Below are positions 47,501-62,500 of a DNA stretch of 64,000 nt, piece by piece (position 1 is the stretch's first letter; the number at the start of each line of letters is the position of its first letter). Source of the DNA: Thalia democratica (Eukaryota); assembly GCA_965202585.1 (NCBI GenBank), contig OZ241834.1, positions 22,506,001-22,570,000 on the forward strand, read 5' to 3'. A model generated the notes under the pieces. It was not told the origin of the DNA. It saw only the letters and a program-made list of their open reading frames with translations, and made no database searches. Position numbers and translations under genes: made by a program.

Positions 47501-50500
47501 AGGTTCATTTCAAAACGTGTGCATTTTGCCTTCTTAACAAAGCCTTACCGCACAAATTAACAACACTATACTAAAGTCCTAGAAGTTTATTAATAATTTT
47601 TATTTGTTAAGTTTACAAATTTCACAAGCAATTTATGCTGGTTACAAATAATAGCCTTACTACCATCATCGTTTACTATTTGTGTTGGGGCAACTTTTAA
47701 ATTCTATTAATTTAGTACAATAACTTGATACAATATATATATGACGTCACTAATCAGTTTTCGTGCACTTTAATGGATCTCGACTGTTTTAAATTGAAGT
47801 TTTAGTTCAGAATTATATTTTATAGTTCTAGGTCGTCACTAAAATTATTTTGAAGCGCAATGTGATAAGTTTCTAGGCGGGTCACTTTTGCACGGAGGGT
47901 CAATTTTGCACGAGTGACAGTTTTGCAGGAGAGTAAATAAAATTATTGTCATTTTCCGATCAAGGGTAAGGATTAGGGTAGCAGTGATAGTAACAAAAGA
48001 AAATAACAATAGATCGAAAAAGTTTCAACCCGTGCTAAACTGACGTCCTGCAAAATACCAACCAGATAAGTTTGCAGTAAACAAGCAATAAAGAGTGTAA
48101 TGTGTTTTTACAGAAGGCGACAGATTGTCGACCTGTTTAAAAAAACTTCAGCTCTCAGTGAAAGCTCAAAACGTGTTCAGAAAGATTAATTAAACGACTT
48201 CGATATTTCTTCAGTAAGTTTGAGGTACCTAGAAAAACATCTAGCGATAGATGATCGGTAGATCACATCGGCTTAAAGTACAGAGTTTCTAATGATTTAA
48301 GGTGTCTCACATGTTAAATGGCGAGCAGAGGTGGCCGCCTAAGAAACTAAACTATTTTTAAGATGCGACATTGGTACATCAAAATTTGGAAATTAGCTAA
48401 AGAGACATAGAGTTATGTAGCTCAATATTGAACGATGTTAGTATGTTGCATTAGACTGTTTGTTGTTCGTATATAAAATTTAACTTTGTAAAAATTAAGG
48501 TTATTACTCGATAAGTACATGCAAAGTTTAAAAATAGTTAAGTAAAATACTTAACAGAAGCCTGTTCGAGTATAATTGAAAGTAGTATAGGTATATAGTA
48601 CATAAATAACATGTTAAACAAATACTATCAAAAGTTTACTTAAAACATAAAGAAATTAAAATTTATATTAGATTAACTATCTATAACAGACTTTAACACA
48701 AATAAAAACAGTTTACTAAAACTTAAAACTTTCTTTCTACACCAACAAAACTTAAATTAATATTTATTTTTTAAACAAAAATATCTAAACCACACTTCAT
48801 TCATTTTATTAATGCATAGAAGTCGCAAAAAATAAAGATACTAATATTCAGATCTCCAATCAAAATAACTATGAAAAATAAAATATCAAATAACTCCAAC
48901 TGAAAAAGCTTTAAAAAACTCGCGGATTTCTCGAATAAAAAAATACTATAACTGTACTCAATTAATTTTAATAACACTTAACAGTAGCAAAAAACAACAT
49001 TTTACTTCAAATCATACTCTATCAAAAAAAGTTTCAAAGTAACTCACGGATCGCTTGGGATCGTTGGAGATGGTGAAGGTCCTGATGACGGAGTGGTTCC
49101 TGACGTCCAGCACCCTTACGACGTTCTGGCAGCCGCACCACAGCTCCGTCCCGTTCACCACCAGCATCTTGTTTATCGTGATCGGCGTCGGCGCTGTGTG
49201 AAAATATATATCGTTTATGAGCGGCTGTGAAAAGAAAAAACCAAAAGTTATTTACCTGACAGATAAAAACTTGATTTCAAAAAATATCAACATTATAACC
49301 GAGTATAAAATTAAAGCGATCTTTTGTTGTTTAGTTGCTAGAATTATTTGAAACAAAAATGTAATTTTTTGGTTACTTTTAACTTTGTATGTTTACAATA
49401 TAATTATGAAAACCATAACTTACTTTTTTTTATTGCAATTTTTAGTTTTTTGTCTATTCGACCTTATATACAGATTAAGTAAAAGTACTCAGAAATAAAA
49501 TAATACAGGATAGACACTAGTACAGCATTTACCAGCAAACAACATAATATACTCACCGAGAGTTATGAGTTTTTCTTTGTGCAAGTCCCACTGTCCGTTG
49601 TTCGGATCCCTCTGGTAAACGTTCAGGCTTCCGTTGCTCAACGCCACGAACACCTGAAAAATAAAAAATAATAAAATAAAATGCCTGCAAAACTATTACA
49701 ACCAGATCAAGAAGATTTTCATATATTTTCCTGCAAAATTCACATCAAAAGTTGAAAAGGTTTTCATGTAAGCATTTGAAATATGCGCTCGAAAAATCTG
49801 CACGTTTTTTGTTAGCACGCTCTTGTCCGTGCATTTTGAATTTTCAGATGATTTAAAGCGCGTACAAGAGCGCATTTGTTGTGCATTGTAACTTGTGTAA
49901 TACAAGAACAAAAGTTACGAGTTTGTCATTGTACAAAGATTAATTAATATAAATTTAAGCGATTAAATTTTGTTTAATGCATAAACCAAAATTAGTCGAA
50001 TTTTTTTTTTGAAAGTACAACACACTTAATATTACAAAAACAATCTAAACTGCAGCGATTCTTAACCTGGGGTAAATTTTCTTTATTACAAATTATGTAA
50101 AAAAATGTTTATTAATTACCTTTTTAGTTTATAAGATTAAACTGTAATTTTTTCAGAGTTAAATTACTCTATAAGTTTTACGATTTTTTGAATCTAATAA
50201 GCTTAAAGTTCAAAAAATCTAGTTTTTTTTCTAAAAATCAAATACTATTTTGCAACTTGGGGGTAAACTTAATAATTACTTACCAAAAAGCGGTAAAACA
50301 TAAAGAAAGGTTAAGAACTGCTGATCTAAGTAAGTAAAACTATAACAGTTATTATTAGTTTTATACTGCAAAGTTTTGTTAGCATTAAACTTTTTAAATG
50401 AAACTAAGCATGTTTAAAAGTCTATTATTGTTTGATAGAAAATTCAGCTGAAAATTAAATACGTCACTTGATTTCACTGTAAAACATGACAAAAATCAAT

Positions 50501-53500
50501 AGTTTTTAAGAAAACTAAAACTAGTATAATTTTGCTTAAAACTCAAAAACGGTTTACTCAGTTTTGAGTTTTGGTCAGCAGCATTACAATGTAGTAGCTA
50601 ATGCAAGATCATTCTTCGACAATCGATAAAATTCCTACAATGCTTTCAATCCATCAGCTTTTCAGCTTTAGTGTTACATTTCAATTTACGACTTACTCAT
50701 TTAACATATGATGCTTTTGGAAAAAAGTGTTTTTAAATAAAAAACTATTTGTTTAAATCTTAACTAAGATATAATTTAGTTTATTAGTATCCAAAATACT
50801 ACACAAAATTGAGTGTTTTTTTATAATTTACAACTGTCTTATACGCAACAATTTTGCTACTACTCTATATGATGTAGCCATCATTATGACGTCACAAACA
50901 TATTTCGAACTCATACCTGACTGCCATGGTACAGTATGCACTGGACAGCTGCCGAGCACTGCAGGTCAACACAGCATTTCCCGCTTCGTATCGACTCCTG
51001 AGTGGAGTATATCTTTATTCTGAAAATATACATGAGTTTAAAATATATCAGAGCTTCCTTATTTGTTCACTTACTCAGTTAAAAAATAAACAGAAAAATT
51101 GAAAGTTTGAGCTTTTAATAAACTTTCAAAGTCGGTTAAAAAGTTACGTAATCATAAAATATAATTCTTCAAAAAATTTACATTTCTAAAAAACATCATG
51201 AAACTTTGTATATTTAAACATGTATATATGTTATGATAGTTTTAAATAAATAGTTATAAATCAAATTTTTGTCATTTTTGATTATGTCTATTCTTAAAGA
51301 TTAGTTAGTAATAAATAGGTTTTCACACTAGAGTCTAGCTTAAATAAACTTATATCAAAAGATTAGTTTTAACTACAACCATTTAATTTTATAAAATAAA
51401 AATTTAGGTATATTTAACCTTAAATAAGTCAGTTATAAATAAAGTGATATAAAAACAGTATAACTATAACTACTAAAATATATTTCATAAAACATAATTC
51501 TTAATAGTCATTTATAGATAAACATACGCGTGTTAATTTAATTTATTAAAAATTAAGTGCGTCACTAAAACTAATTAAATTACAATAGAAGAAAACTGTT
51601 TTGTTATTGATCGAAAATCTTAGATTGTAAATTGTATACGACTCTTTTTTATTGATTATAAATAAATTACAGTATTACACTTCCTAATAAAGGTGATAAT
51701 AAACATATATTAGTAAAGTGTTTTTCTAAATATCTAAAAGAAAGTTTTTGCTTCAATGTTAAGTAACTTTTTAACATAAACTTCTTTGTCAAACATGCTT
51801 AAAGTTTATTCTAAAAGAATACTATTTTTTATTAGTAACTATTACTATCTCTTGCAATTCATAAAAAAAAAAATATAACCATATGACGACTCTTTAATGA
51901 CATGTGCATTTTGTGAACTACTAACTAGACTAAAATGTTTTGTAATAGAAATTAAAAATTAAAAATTTTACCTTTTTATGGATAAACTATTAACAAGTTG
52001 TAAAAAAAATAGCTTAGAAAATTCTAGTTGAAAAAAAAAAAATATTTTGAGTGATATATTAAAAAAGTAACAGTTATTAGTTTTATTTGAGTTCTTTCTA
52101 AACGATACTTACACGGAACTTTTATCGTTATTGTAGTAAAGGGTAAAGATCTTGAGATTAAATCGAATAAATAAAAGTTATGAACTATGAGTTTTGGTAA
52201 ATAAATAGATTAGTGTTACCCCAAATAACAAGTTTGAAATAATAGTAACTTAAAGTAAAGTGTAATACGTGTAATACTTATATATTAATATGAATAAACT
52301 AGCATACTGTAAAAAAAAAAGTCTAGGCTTTCCATAGAAACATATATAAAAATATATACTTGGCTTTTATCTAAACATTTTATTTAGAATATAATAAAAA
52401 AAATGTTTGAAATATATGATATGAAAAGTTCTAATAAATAAAACTTAGATTGTAAAAAGGTATTAAATTGCGAAACTAATGTTAGACACTAACTTTAGAA
52501 ACTTTATTTCAACAGATTTTTAGTGAAACAAACTGGTTGTTTTAACAGAAACAGTTTTTTTAACAATACTGTTAGTTCGAACACCTCAATAATACTTTGT
52601 TTGACAACGACTGTAGTTCTTACTATGAAAAACAATGTAATTTAAGTCAACTTAATAGTTATGTGAAAAACAGTTATTGATGTTTTCAAAAGATTGTCCT
52701 TGTGATGACAAAGTTTTGATAGAGTGTTAATTCTTTTTATAGTCTAAGTATTACTTTTATTAAAGCATTATATTAAAGCTTATAAAAGAAAACTTTCTTT
52801 AATAAACAAAACAGTTTAACAAGTTTATTTTAATATTTGATTTCAATTGCTTAATTCAAAAAAAAAATTATTTAGTTTTTAAAATTATATATTTCCTTAA
52901 AACAAAAACAAACTTGCATTAGAATTAAGAAAATAAAACTATTTTTAATTAAATTCAAAACATATTTACATGAAAGACACAACCTGGAGAATTAAAAAAT
53001 AAATATATATGCTTTATCTTCAGTTTCGTAATAACATTTAAAAACTTAAAATATTCAAAAAACAAACAACTTTACGTCCTATCAAAAAGGAGATTAATGT
53101 AATTTTTACAGAGTATAATCTAGACAAGAGAATTAAAAAAAATATCTACTTTATTTAAATATTCTGAAATATAAACAAAACAAACTTACCGTGTTCAATT
53201 CTGTCACAATATTAAAAAGCAGCATAAAAATTTTAACCGAAAAAGCAAAAGTTTAACAAAACGAACTTTCCGTCTTCGGTTCCCAGCCACATGCTTCCGT
53301 GGTTGGACAGGTTCCTGCTCCCGTCCACCAGCGACTCCGTGGCCAGCAAGTCCTCCAACGACCCGTGCAGCGTCGACCCGTTCGACTCCTTCTTGAACGC
53401 CCCTCCGCCCAACAGTGACGTCATAGAGGCCGTTTTGTCGTCGCTTCTAACGTTGTTCGTCGTCGCGGTCGAGCCGTACATTTGCTGGGCGTCTGTGCGT

Positions 53501-56500
53501 AGAATTTAAAAAAATATATTTTGTTCTTAGAAACTTTGTTTGGTGAAACTTGGAACTAAATTTTTTAAGGTTTTTATGGAGTTGCGAAAACAATCACATG
53601 TAACATATCATTGTACTAGATTTGATCAATGGAAAATTCTCCTAAATGCGAAATATACAATTAAATTTTTAGCTGTCAGCTTGCCACTGCGTTCAGCGAA
53701 ACCCAAAGTTCACAAACAATATTTTTGAAACAAACACAACAGTATTTGAAGTAACCTCTGTTAGAAGTGGAGTTGTTTGTGCTGTAGGGACTTCTGGAGG
53801 ACAAGGTGCTCATCGGTGACGTGTTGTCCTCGTCTGTCTCGTCACTATAAAAAGCTAATTGTAATAACTTTAAACTTGCATTTTAGCAAACACATGGGTT
53901 TTATCTAACAAAAGCTTTTTTCGTGTTTTTGATAGTATATTTACCTTAGTTTTTCAATGTTGAAAAATAGTGTAAAACATGAATTTTTCTTCAAGTCCGT
54001 GTGCACTTATTTAACTAGCATAAGTGGATACAAAAGTTTTACGCGTACGTGCATAAGAAAAAACTAACTAGGAAATACTTGTTAATTTGTAAGAACTGAA
54101 AGATTCAATAGAGTTAATTCGCAACTAACGTGTCGTCCCACGCGATTATGTCGTATTTTCTGTGGTTCGACGACTTCACGGAGTTGTGTCTTCCTTTCGA
54201 GTGACCCAGCGGGGCTTTTTCTATTTCGTCCAAAAAGTCCTTGGTGGGAATCAGCTTCTTGTCCCAGGTCGGCACCTGCGTGTTGAACACATTTTAAAGT
54301 ATCATTTTTATCATTTAAGTTATAACAAGTAGTCTGTTAATTAGAACTAATTTGAGTAGCCAACCAACTTAAAATAGTATTTAAGTCAATGCCAGGAAAT
54401 TGTTTAGTAGAATATAGTAATGTGTGTCATTTGAAAATTATTTTTTTGTCCCAAGTTTGTACCACTTGTATTGAGAATGCTATCATATATATTTTTTTAC
54501 TTCTAACCTAGTTCTTAATGTTCAAAAAATAAAATATCATCCCTTTTTCATGAATAGTGTAAATGGTTCATCCAATTAAATCACACATTTTCTTTATTGT
54601 TAGAAATTTTAAAGCTGAAATACTCAAGGTTTTTATAAGTCAAAATTATTCTGTGTAAGTTGTAGATCATCAAAGGTAGTTAAAATAGAGGTAGAAAATA
54701 TTTTTTAATATTTTTAAATAAAAATAAACTTTATCAGTTCTAAATTACAGGGCTTACTAATCCTAAAGTAGAAACCTAAGAAATGGTTTGATAGCAATAA
54801 AAAACCTTTAAAAATTAAGATTCTTGTTATATGTTAAGTATTAAACTTTACAAAAAAAAATCGAAATTGATGATACAGAAAAATAAAACGTAGAACAATA
54901 TGTTTTTTTTAATAATAAATTTTTTTTCAAATAAAACAACATATTCTAATAACAACAACTGCAAAAGTATAAAAAAGTTTATACATAAAACTTATTTAAC
55001 AAACTTTGAAGTAAAATGTTAGAAAATGCTTTATACTTTAAACTAAATTAACAATAAATTTTACTTATTTCAAGTCTAAATACTTTTGATTGACTTAATA
55101 ATTTTTTAACAAACATTTTTCTAAGAACTGAAAACTAAAAAACCAGCAAAAAAATAATATTTAAGTAAATTTAAGCTACTGGAATTACAATTTAAGTCAA
55201 AACAGAATTAAATTTTTATCTTTTAAAAGTATTATAAAAAAAAGCTATATTAATACGCTGAAAAAATAATTATTAAATAAACAGTATCCTTTTTTCATTA
55301 CATTGCTAGTTTCTTGATTTTCATAGCTCCGTTGAAGTGTGTTAACCCGTTAACACACAGAAACATGTATTAGTGTAACAAAGAAAGTATACTGTTTAAT
55401 TTGTTATCATTATATATTCCAGTAAACTTGTTTCGCTCGGAACTTTGTTAACAAACACTTAAATTTTTGAGTAGGTATGTTAAAAAATAACAATTTTAGT
55501 ACAATAAAAACAATTTTTATGAAACGTTATTGCTAGGCTTATTTCATAAAACTTAAACAAAAACTTAAAGTTTATAAAATATTGAAGTGCACAAAAGCTG
55601 TTAAAGTTATATTAATAAAACTTGACTGTTTTTGATTAATAAATATGAAAATCAACACAATTTACGATCTAATATAGACTATATTATATGTATCTAAACT
55701 AGTTCATAATCAATATTTTTTAATGATGATACGTTTACTTTACTGAATTCATAAATAAAAAACAGCTTTTAAATTATAAAATGTTTTTCTCAAATCACTT
55801 GGTAGGATTACAACTTTAACAAACTTAAAAACAATGTAATTTTAAGTTTGTATTCACAAAACAATAAGCATAAAATTCTATTAAAGTAGTTAATCTATAC
55901 AACTTTGTTATAAAATTGCGATTCATTGGATTTTTTTCTTAACTTTTTTTTGAATATTTGCATAATATCTTTGTAATAAACTAAAAACATAATTAAATGT
56001 AGAACTAGTTTGTTAAAAAAAAAAAAAAAAGCATAAGGTTTGATTATAATGATTCGGCTTAGGCTTTGTAGACTTTCGCAAATGATTCCTTTGAAAAAAA
56101 ATATTTAGATATTAATAAAACCTTTTTTTTTATCAAAGCACCGAATATTGTTAGGAGTTAAAATGTTAAATTTAAATTATTTATTACTTTAATTTTAAGT
56201 TTAAAGCAATTCAGTATCAAAGCATAGCAATAAATTATAAACAAAACGGTTTAATTCTTAAGTAGAAACATTACTACTAACAAAACTATTCAATAAATTG
56301 TGTTATTTTTTTCAAACAACAACCACAAAATTTTGCAAAATATTGAAACAGCAAACAGAATTTTTGAGTTTTTATTGATACTTAGAAATGTTACTTATAC
56401 AATTTAACATTTTTCTTGAAAAACAATATATTAAAAAACACCAAACAATTAAACTTTTGACACATATGTATTTCATAAAAAAATTAAACATTTAAAAAAA

Positions 56501-59500
56501 GTATTAAATGAGGGATTTAAAAATAATGCGTATCAGTCATTTATTTAGAGATGTTTTAAAGTTTTTGTGGTTATTTTCGAATATCAATCTTGAATATGAA
56601 CCTAGGTGTTCTGGTACATAAGAACAACAAACTATTAAAAAAAGATACGTTATTACTTCAAATACCTGAAATAGTTCCAATTAAAAAAGTATTTTAGTTT
56701 CTACAATAAAAAAAACACTTATAAAAACAGCTAGACTGCGTACCAAACACAAGTTTAAATTTTTTTTCTCCAATAAAAAAAATAAAATCAAAAAAATTAT
56801 AAACAACAAAACAAAGTGGCAAATTGAACATCAATGAACGTATTGATTAAAGTCACCTGTGTGATGCAGCTGATTTTCGCGTTGCAGACTGTGATGCACT
56901 GTGTTTGAGACGGCTCGGGTTCAAGCGCCAGAAAGCATATCTGTGAAAAATATACTGTTGTGGAAAAACTCCTTGTGATTGAACACTTTATTAACAATGG
57001 AAAAAACTAAAACGGTGATAAGTATAAACATAAACATATAAGCGGCAAGAAGCATTTCTTTCAAGTACAAAATATTGTTGGTATGCGTTTATAAAATATA
57101 AATATTGAAATTAAGAAATTTTTATAGACAAGACAGTAGTGTTGGGTTACTTTAGAATGAAGATAAAAATAATTTAGACTTTTATTTTGATAATTGCATT
57201 CATTTACGTAAACTGTCGCATGTCTTCAATGCAGTTAAAAGCTTAGTTGCGTAGTTGTTTGCATATCTTTTAAATTTTATCAATATTTAATGAAAAATAA
57301 AAAGAGTATAAAAATGTTTACATGGAAATTAATGTTTTAAGCAGAGGTTGTAGATAAAACCTTTTCTAATGCATTTTGGATCAAGTTGTCAAAATAACTC
57401 TTTTGCGGTTTAACAGTATATTTTTTTTTGGTTAAAATAGATTATAAATAAATTTAACTTGAAAAAATTTCTAATAAGAACCACACTATGCTAGGGTTTC
57501 CCATAGTGAGCGATATTTTTGCCTTAGTTTAATAACTACTGCAATACACTTTTATTATTAAAAAATTAAAGTTTTGACATCCTTAATTTACAAATCTAAC
57601 TGAGATATTTGATTAGTTATTTCCAATTTAAAGGGTGTAACACAAGTCATTTAAAACATTATAATCTCGTTATTTATCATCGTTAACAAAAGTTATTAAA
57701 AGAACAAACCTCTTAAAACTAACTTTTTCTACAAACTTATTTAAAATTTCAGATAAATAATTTTAAATTAAATTAAAATTTCAAGAATTAAAATGTAATT
57801 TTTAAATGTTGTAAATAAGTATTGGTTCACAAAGCATTCGTAAATAAGCTTAAAGATCATAATGTTGTAAAAATAAAAATGTTAAATAATAAAACTTGAA
57901 TTTTGAAAAGTTAACATAAATAACATAGAAATATTTTTTCTTAACAACCAGTATATTGTATTAACAAGTAAAACCATTAAAAAATATTTTATAGCATATA
58001 AAACTCATCAAAATATATTTGTACCCATGTTTTTTAACCCCCTACTAGCTGAATAAATATTTTTTAAATAGTTTGTATTTCCTGAAGGTAGCTTGATGTT
58101 CAAAAGTTTAATTTGAAACATATGTAAAACAGTGCTCGTTTTTATTTTAACGTATTCTTTAATTTTTTTTGTTAAAAAATAAAATTTTACTTGTATGTTT
58201 GAAACGGTCTTATTTTCACTGCAATAAATAAAACCAAAAATATATATAGTCAACTAGAATAAAAAGTTTTAAAGAGGATTTTAAAAACTAAGTCAAATCT
58301 AAACAAAATCGAAACTTTTTTCTAATATGCTGTTAACAACAAAACTAATAGTTTGAAAAAACAAATATTTCGAGTCGACGGTTAAATTTTTGTTGTAAGT
58401 TTTTCAAAGTACCAACAAATTACAAATATTCAAACAAATTGCCGCCTGTCTGACGTAATAAAATACCAGGAGAGTAAAAATAATTTTTTTCAGAAACTAA
58501 CAACAAACCATAGTTATGAAAAATATTACTTCGAGCCTACGAGGAAATTTTTGCAAGTTACCCACAAATTTCAATAAAGAAACTGTAACCTGTCCAACGT
58601 CCATAGTTAAAAAATTCAAATTCTCAGTTCAAAAATTCCAGGTTTTTTTCAGTATTTCTCACATTCAAGATTTTTTTAGCTTTTTTACCTGAACTCTGAA
58701 ATTCTAGGTTTTTCCAGGATTTTTGTAACAACAAAACTGCCAGTTGAAAAACAGCAGTTCGAACTGAATGAAAAACTTGTCGTAAACTTTGCAAATTGTA
58801 AAGTTCAAACCTGTCCGACGTATCCGTCCGTGTTGCAGACCCACACCTCGTGGGTCGAGGGGGAGGTGTCGGTGTTGGCGGTGGCGCACGAGAACTGCAT
58901 ACCGTTCCTGGTTTTGCTGATGGGGATTGCCCGGGTGAAGGCGGGAAAGTCCCCGTTCATTTCTGATGAAAATTTTCAAACTGTTTAAGTTTTTTTTTTT
59001 AATTTGCAGTGTTTTTGATGCTAACAAGAATAAGCGCAAATTTGTTTAGAATTTCTCTAAATAACAATGGTAAGCCTCAATTTTCTTTTATAAGTCGAAT
59101 GCTTTAAGTTATAAAATAAATACTTGCATTCATATTTTGCTTTTAGAGGTATTAAAACATTTTTCGAAGTATTGTGATTGTATAAAAGTAAAGTGGTTCT
59201 TTCGCTAATATAAAATATTATTAGCTGTATAAATATTAAATACAAATTAGATGTAGTTTTTGAACAAGTGTTAGTCGTGAGACTATACAACAGTGAAAAA
59301 TAAAAACTTCACAACCAAATAAAAAAAAACAGTTGAATTTTTAAAACTTATTTTTAGTTTATAAACTATTAACCAGCCTAATTTTAGTGAGATCACAAAA
59401 CAAATAAAAAATATGCCTTTGGTTAACACAGTATCGCGTCTAAAACTAACAAATATCAGAAAGCTCTGTGCATTCAAAAAAGTTAATTAAAACATACTTG

Positions 59501-62500
59501 TAATTTTCTTCCACTTTTTCAATAAGTCCTCAAATGAACTCCTGGTTTCTTCTTTAAAAAAGTCTAATTCGACGGTTTGACCTCCACTGTTGTTAAATGA
59601 TACTTGTTTTAGCTTTAATTATCTTAAAACCAATTGAAAGTTAAAAGTAAGTTAAAAATTTACATTTTTAGTAGTAACTGAATTGATTTTAAAATTAAGA
59701 AAAGGCGCTTGATATTTTACACAGCATAACACAAAGTCTTTTTACAATAAAAATTAATCAAAATTTTCATTTTATTACGAAATTAAACAACAACTTAAAA
59801 CTTTGATACCACGGCCATAGGGGGGTTGAATTTTTTCACGTAAGTTAAAGTTTTATAGCAATAAGGTACTTTTAAGAACACAAATGTTTTAGTTCTGTTT
59901 TGAGATATATTTAGTTTTAACTTTTTTCAAACTAGTATAAAAAGTACGGAGGGAAACATTATATGGTTAACTTTCTAAAAATGTTTTTTTAGTTTCAAAA
60001 AAATTTATATCTTTCTAGGATTTTATGGTAAATAAATAAAATTTTTAGGGAAATAACTAAAGGGAAACGATACTTGCATGATACTTAAAATGTTACTGTA
60101 GCATTTCAAACTAAGTAAAAAAAAAGCAATTTATGACTTGTATTTTTAATATGTTATAAAAATAAAAGTTTTATTAAAGATTTTTAAATTTCTACAACAC
60201 GATTATTGATTATTTAACAGAAATTATACTATCTATTATTTATTTTTACAGTTTATTATCAACTAAACAATGTTTCACTCCTATATTGGGATATAGGAGA
60301 TTATCAGTTGTTATAAACAAATCAGAAAAAAGTTTTTGAACAAATTAAATGAAATTATGTAAAAATATTAAATACAACAAATGGAAACCAAAGTATTAAA
60401 CTTATGGTTTAAAAACTTGTGGTTTATCAAAAACTAATTGTACTATGAAAGTTTGAAACGGACAGCTTAAAAACTGTAGTAGAAGATACAACTCTAATAA
60501 AACAATCCTTCCGAAATGTTTCAGTAACATTCTAGCTTCCTTCTACAAGTAACCTATTGCACTTTTGTAAGTTATATATTTATTCATAATAAACACAGAA
60601 AATTCAAAACTTACACATTCAATTCAGTTCGTAATTTATCAAGAAATAAATGCAATACTATTAAAGTAAAATTATTTAAACTGACGCCAGCTTCTTTAAT
60701 ACAAAACTAATGTTAATTTTAAGGGGATTGCTAAGTAAGAAAATTGAAATTTGAAAAAAAATTTGGACTCAGCCTCAGTACTTCTAAAAGTAATAATCTT
60801 TTGATTATTATTTTTTTTTTCAAAACTTTGACCAAATAGAGTACATATTACCAAACAAGTGAAGTTTAAAATTTAATAAAAAATTCACCCAAGTAAGTAA
60901 AAACTTACTACAAGTATAAACACTGTAGGCAGTACAAATAAAAATGCACACCTGTAGTTGAGAATGATAACTGAAGCCTTGCGTTCTTCGCACGACTCTT
61001 CCTTATCACAAGACGGAACCTTGTCCTGAAGTTTGGACGCCAGTTTAGCCTGCAGCTCCTTTATAGAATTGCTGAGGTTCTAAAACAAGCGTGAAATTAG
61101 TTATACAGCAAAAAATGTTTGTGCAGGGTTGCCTAAGGTTTTTTGAATATTTTTTCCCAGGTTTTCTGAGTGTATTCTAGTTTTTTTAAAGAACCAGTTT
61201 TTTTGATTAATTTTTAGTATAAAACTATTTTATAGGTAAAAAAATGTCATAAATACTATTAAAACAATGAAAATTTACGGTAAATGTACTTTAACAACGT
61301 TTTTTTATAAACAATATTTTAAATTATATAAAAAAATTATTAATATGATTGATTTTTCGTATTTAATCGATTATTTTTTACTTCACCTGTAAAATAGAAT
61401 TTAGGTTTATTAGTGATTTTTGTTCGAAATTTATGTTTTTTCTCGTATTTTTTAATTTCTTGAATTCCAGGTTTTTCCAGGATTCCAGATTTTTGCAACT
61501 ATGTTTAAGAAAACAAACTAAAACGTCCTCGATTTAATGAAAAACTTCATTACCAAAGAAAATTAAATTTACTTTTAGTTATCTAAAGGAAATTACTTTC
61601 ATAAACTTCAATAAAATCTCTTAAAACAAAATAATAATCTTATACTTTTTGTGAAAAACTATTAAGCTTAAGAAGATTTTGTTATAAATTTGGTTTAATT
61701 TAGCTTCAATGAGCTTTTTTAGACTTAAGGGCAATTTTAAAAAGATAAAAAGTTTATTAAAAAAGCTCTAAGAAGTTGTTACTTTTGGTATAAAGAAAAT
61801 TTAACTGATAAATATTTAAACTTTATCCCACTAAAACGTTTCTCTATCTTTTTCAAAGTGACACAAAGTCTTGTTGTAATTAATAATGAAGTAAATATCC
61901 GTAGAACTGTTCTTTTAAAAGTCAGAGAAATATATTTTTAAAACCTAAAGTTTTAACTAGAATTTTAGATTTATATAGACTAAACTTAGTTTGAATTGAA
62001 AATAACTAAACAACTTTTTTTTTAATGGACTGTAAAGTTCAATTAGTGTTACTTTTTTATGGTTAACACATAACTTTTGTTTTATAAGAAATTTAAATCC
62101 TTAAAAATAATTCAACTAAGGTCTATACCAACAAAAACATACAATTATGAGTAGTTATTTACATACTTGAAAAATGCTTAGGAAACTGAAATAAATATTT
62201 CAAATGTTTTTTAAAATATTAACAGATGCTTTAGTGTAAGTATTGAAACTTTTATGACTGGAAGACAAAACTAAAAGTATAACTGATTTATACCAAACAA
62301 ACAAATCTAAGGAATATTATTTATACTTGTAAACATTACAGTATTGTATAATTACTTAGTCAACTTTATGGACTAAAAATTGACTTTCATGTTTAAATTC
62401 ATTTAATTGCATATGTATATGGTTTTTAGGCTTAGTTAAATATTTCTGCTTAGAATATAACCCTTTTGTACAAAGGAAAAAAACGTTCATATAATTTAAC

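Noticed and set aside
56015-56030. A16 tract as a retroposon tail
   Set aside because: No TSD or recognisable body; poly(A/T) runs are common in these introns.
44540-59000. JIP3/JIP4 (MAPK8IP3/SPAG9) or ARHGEF10 identity
   Set aside because: They share the WD40-like domain, but DAIIRQHKAACLRI, GGDGYEDF and STNHLLxWRV* match ARHGEF17 as I recall it.
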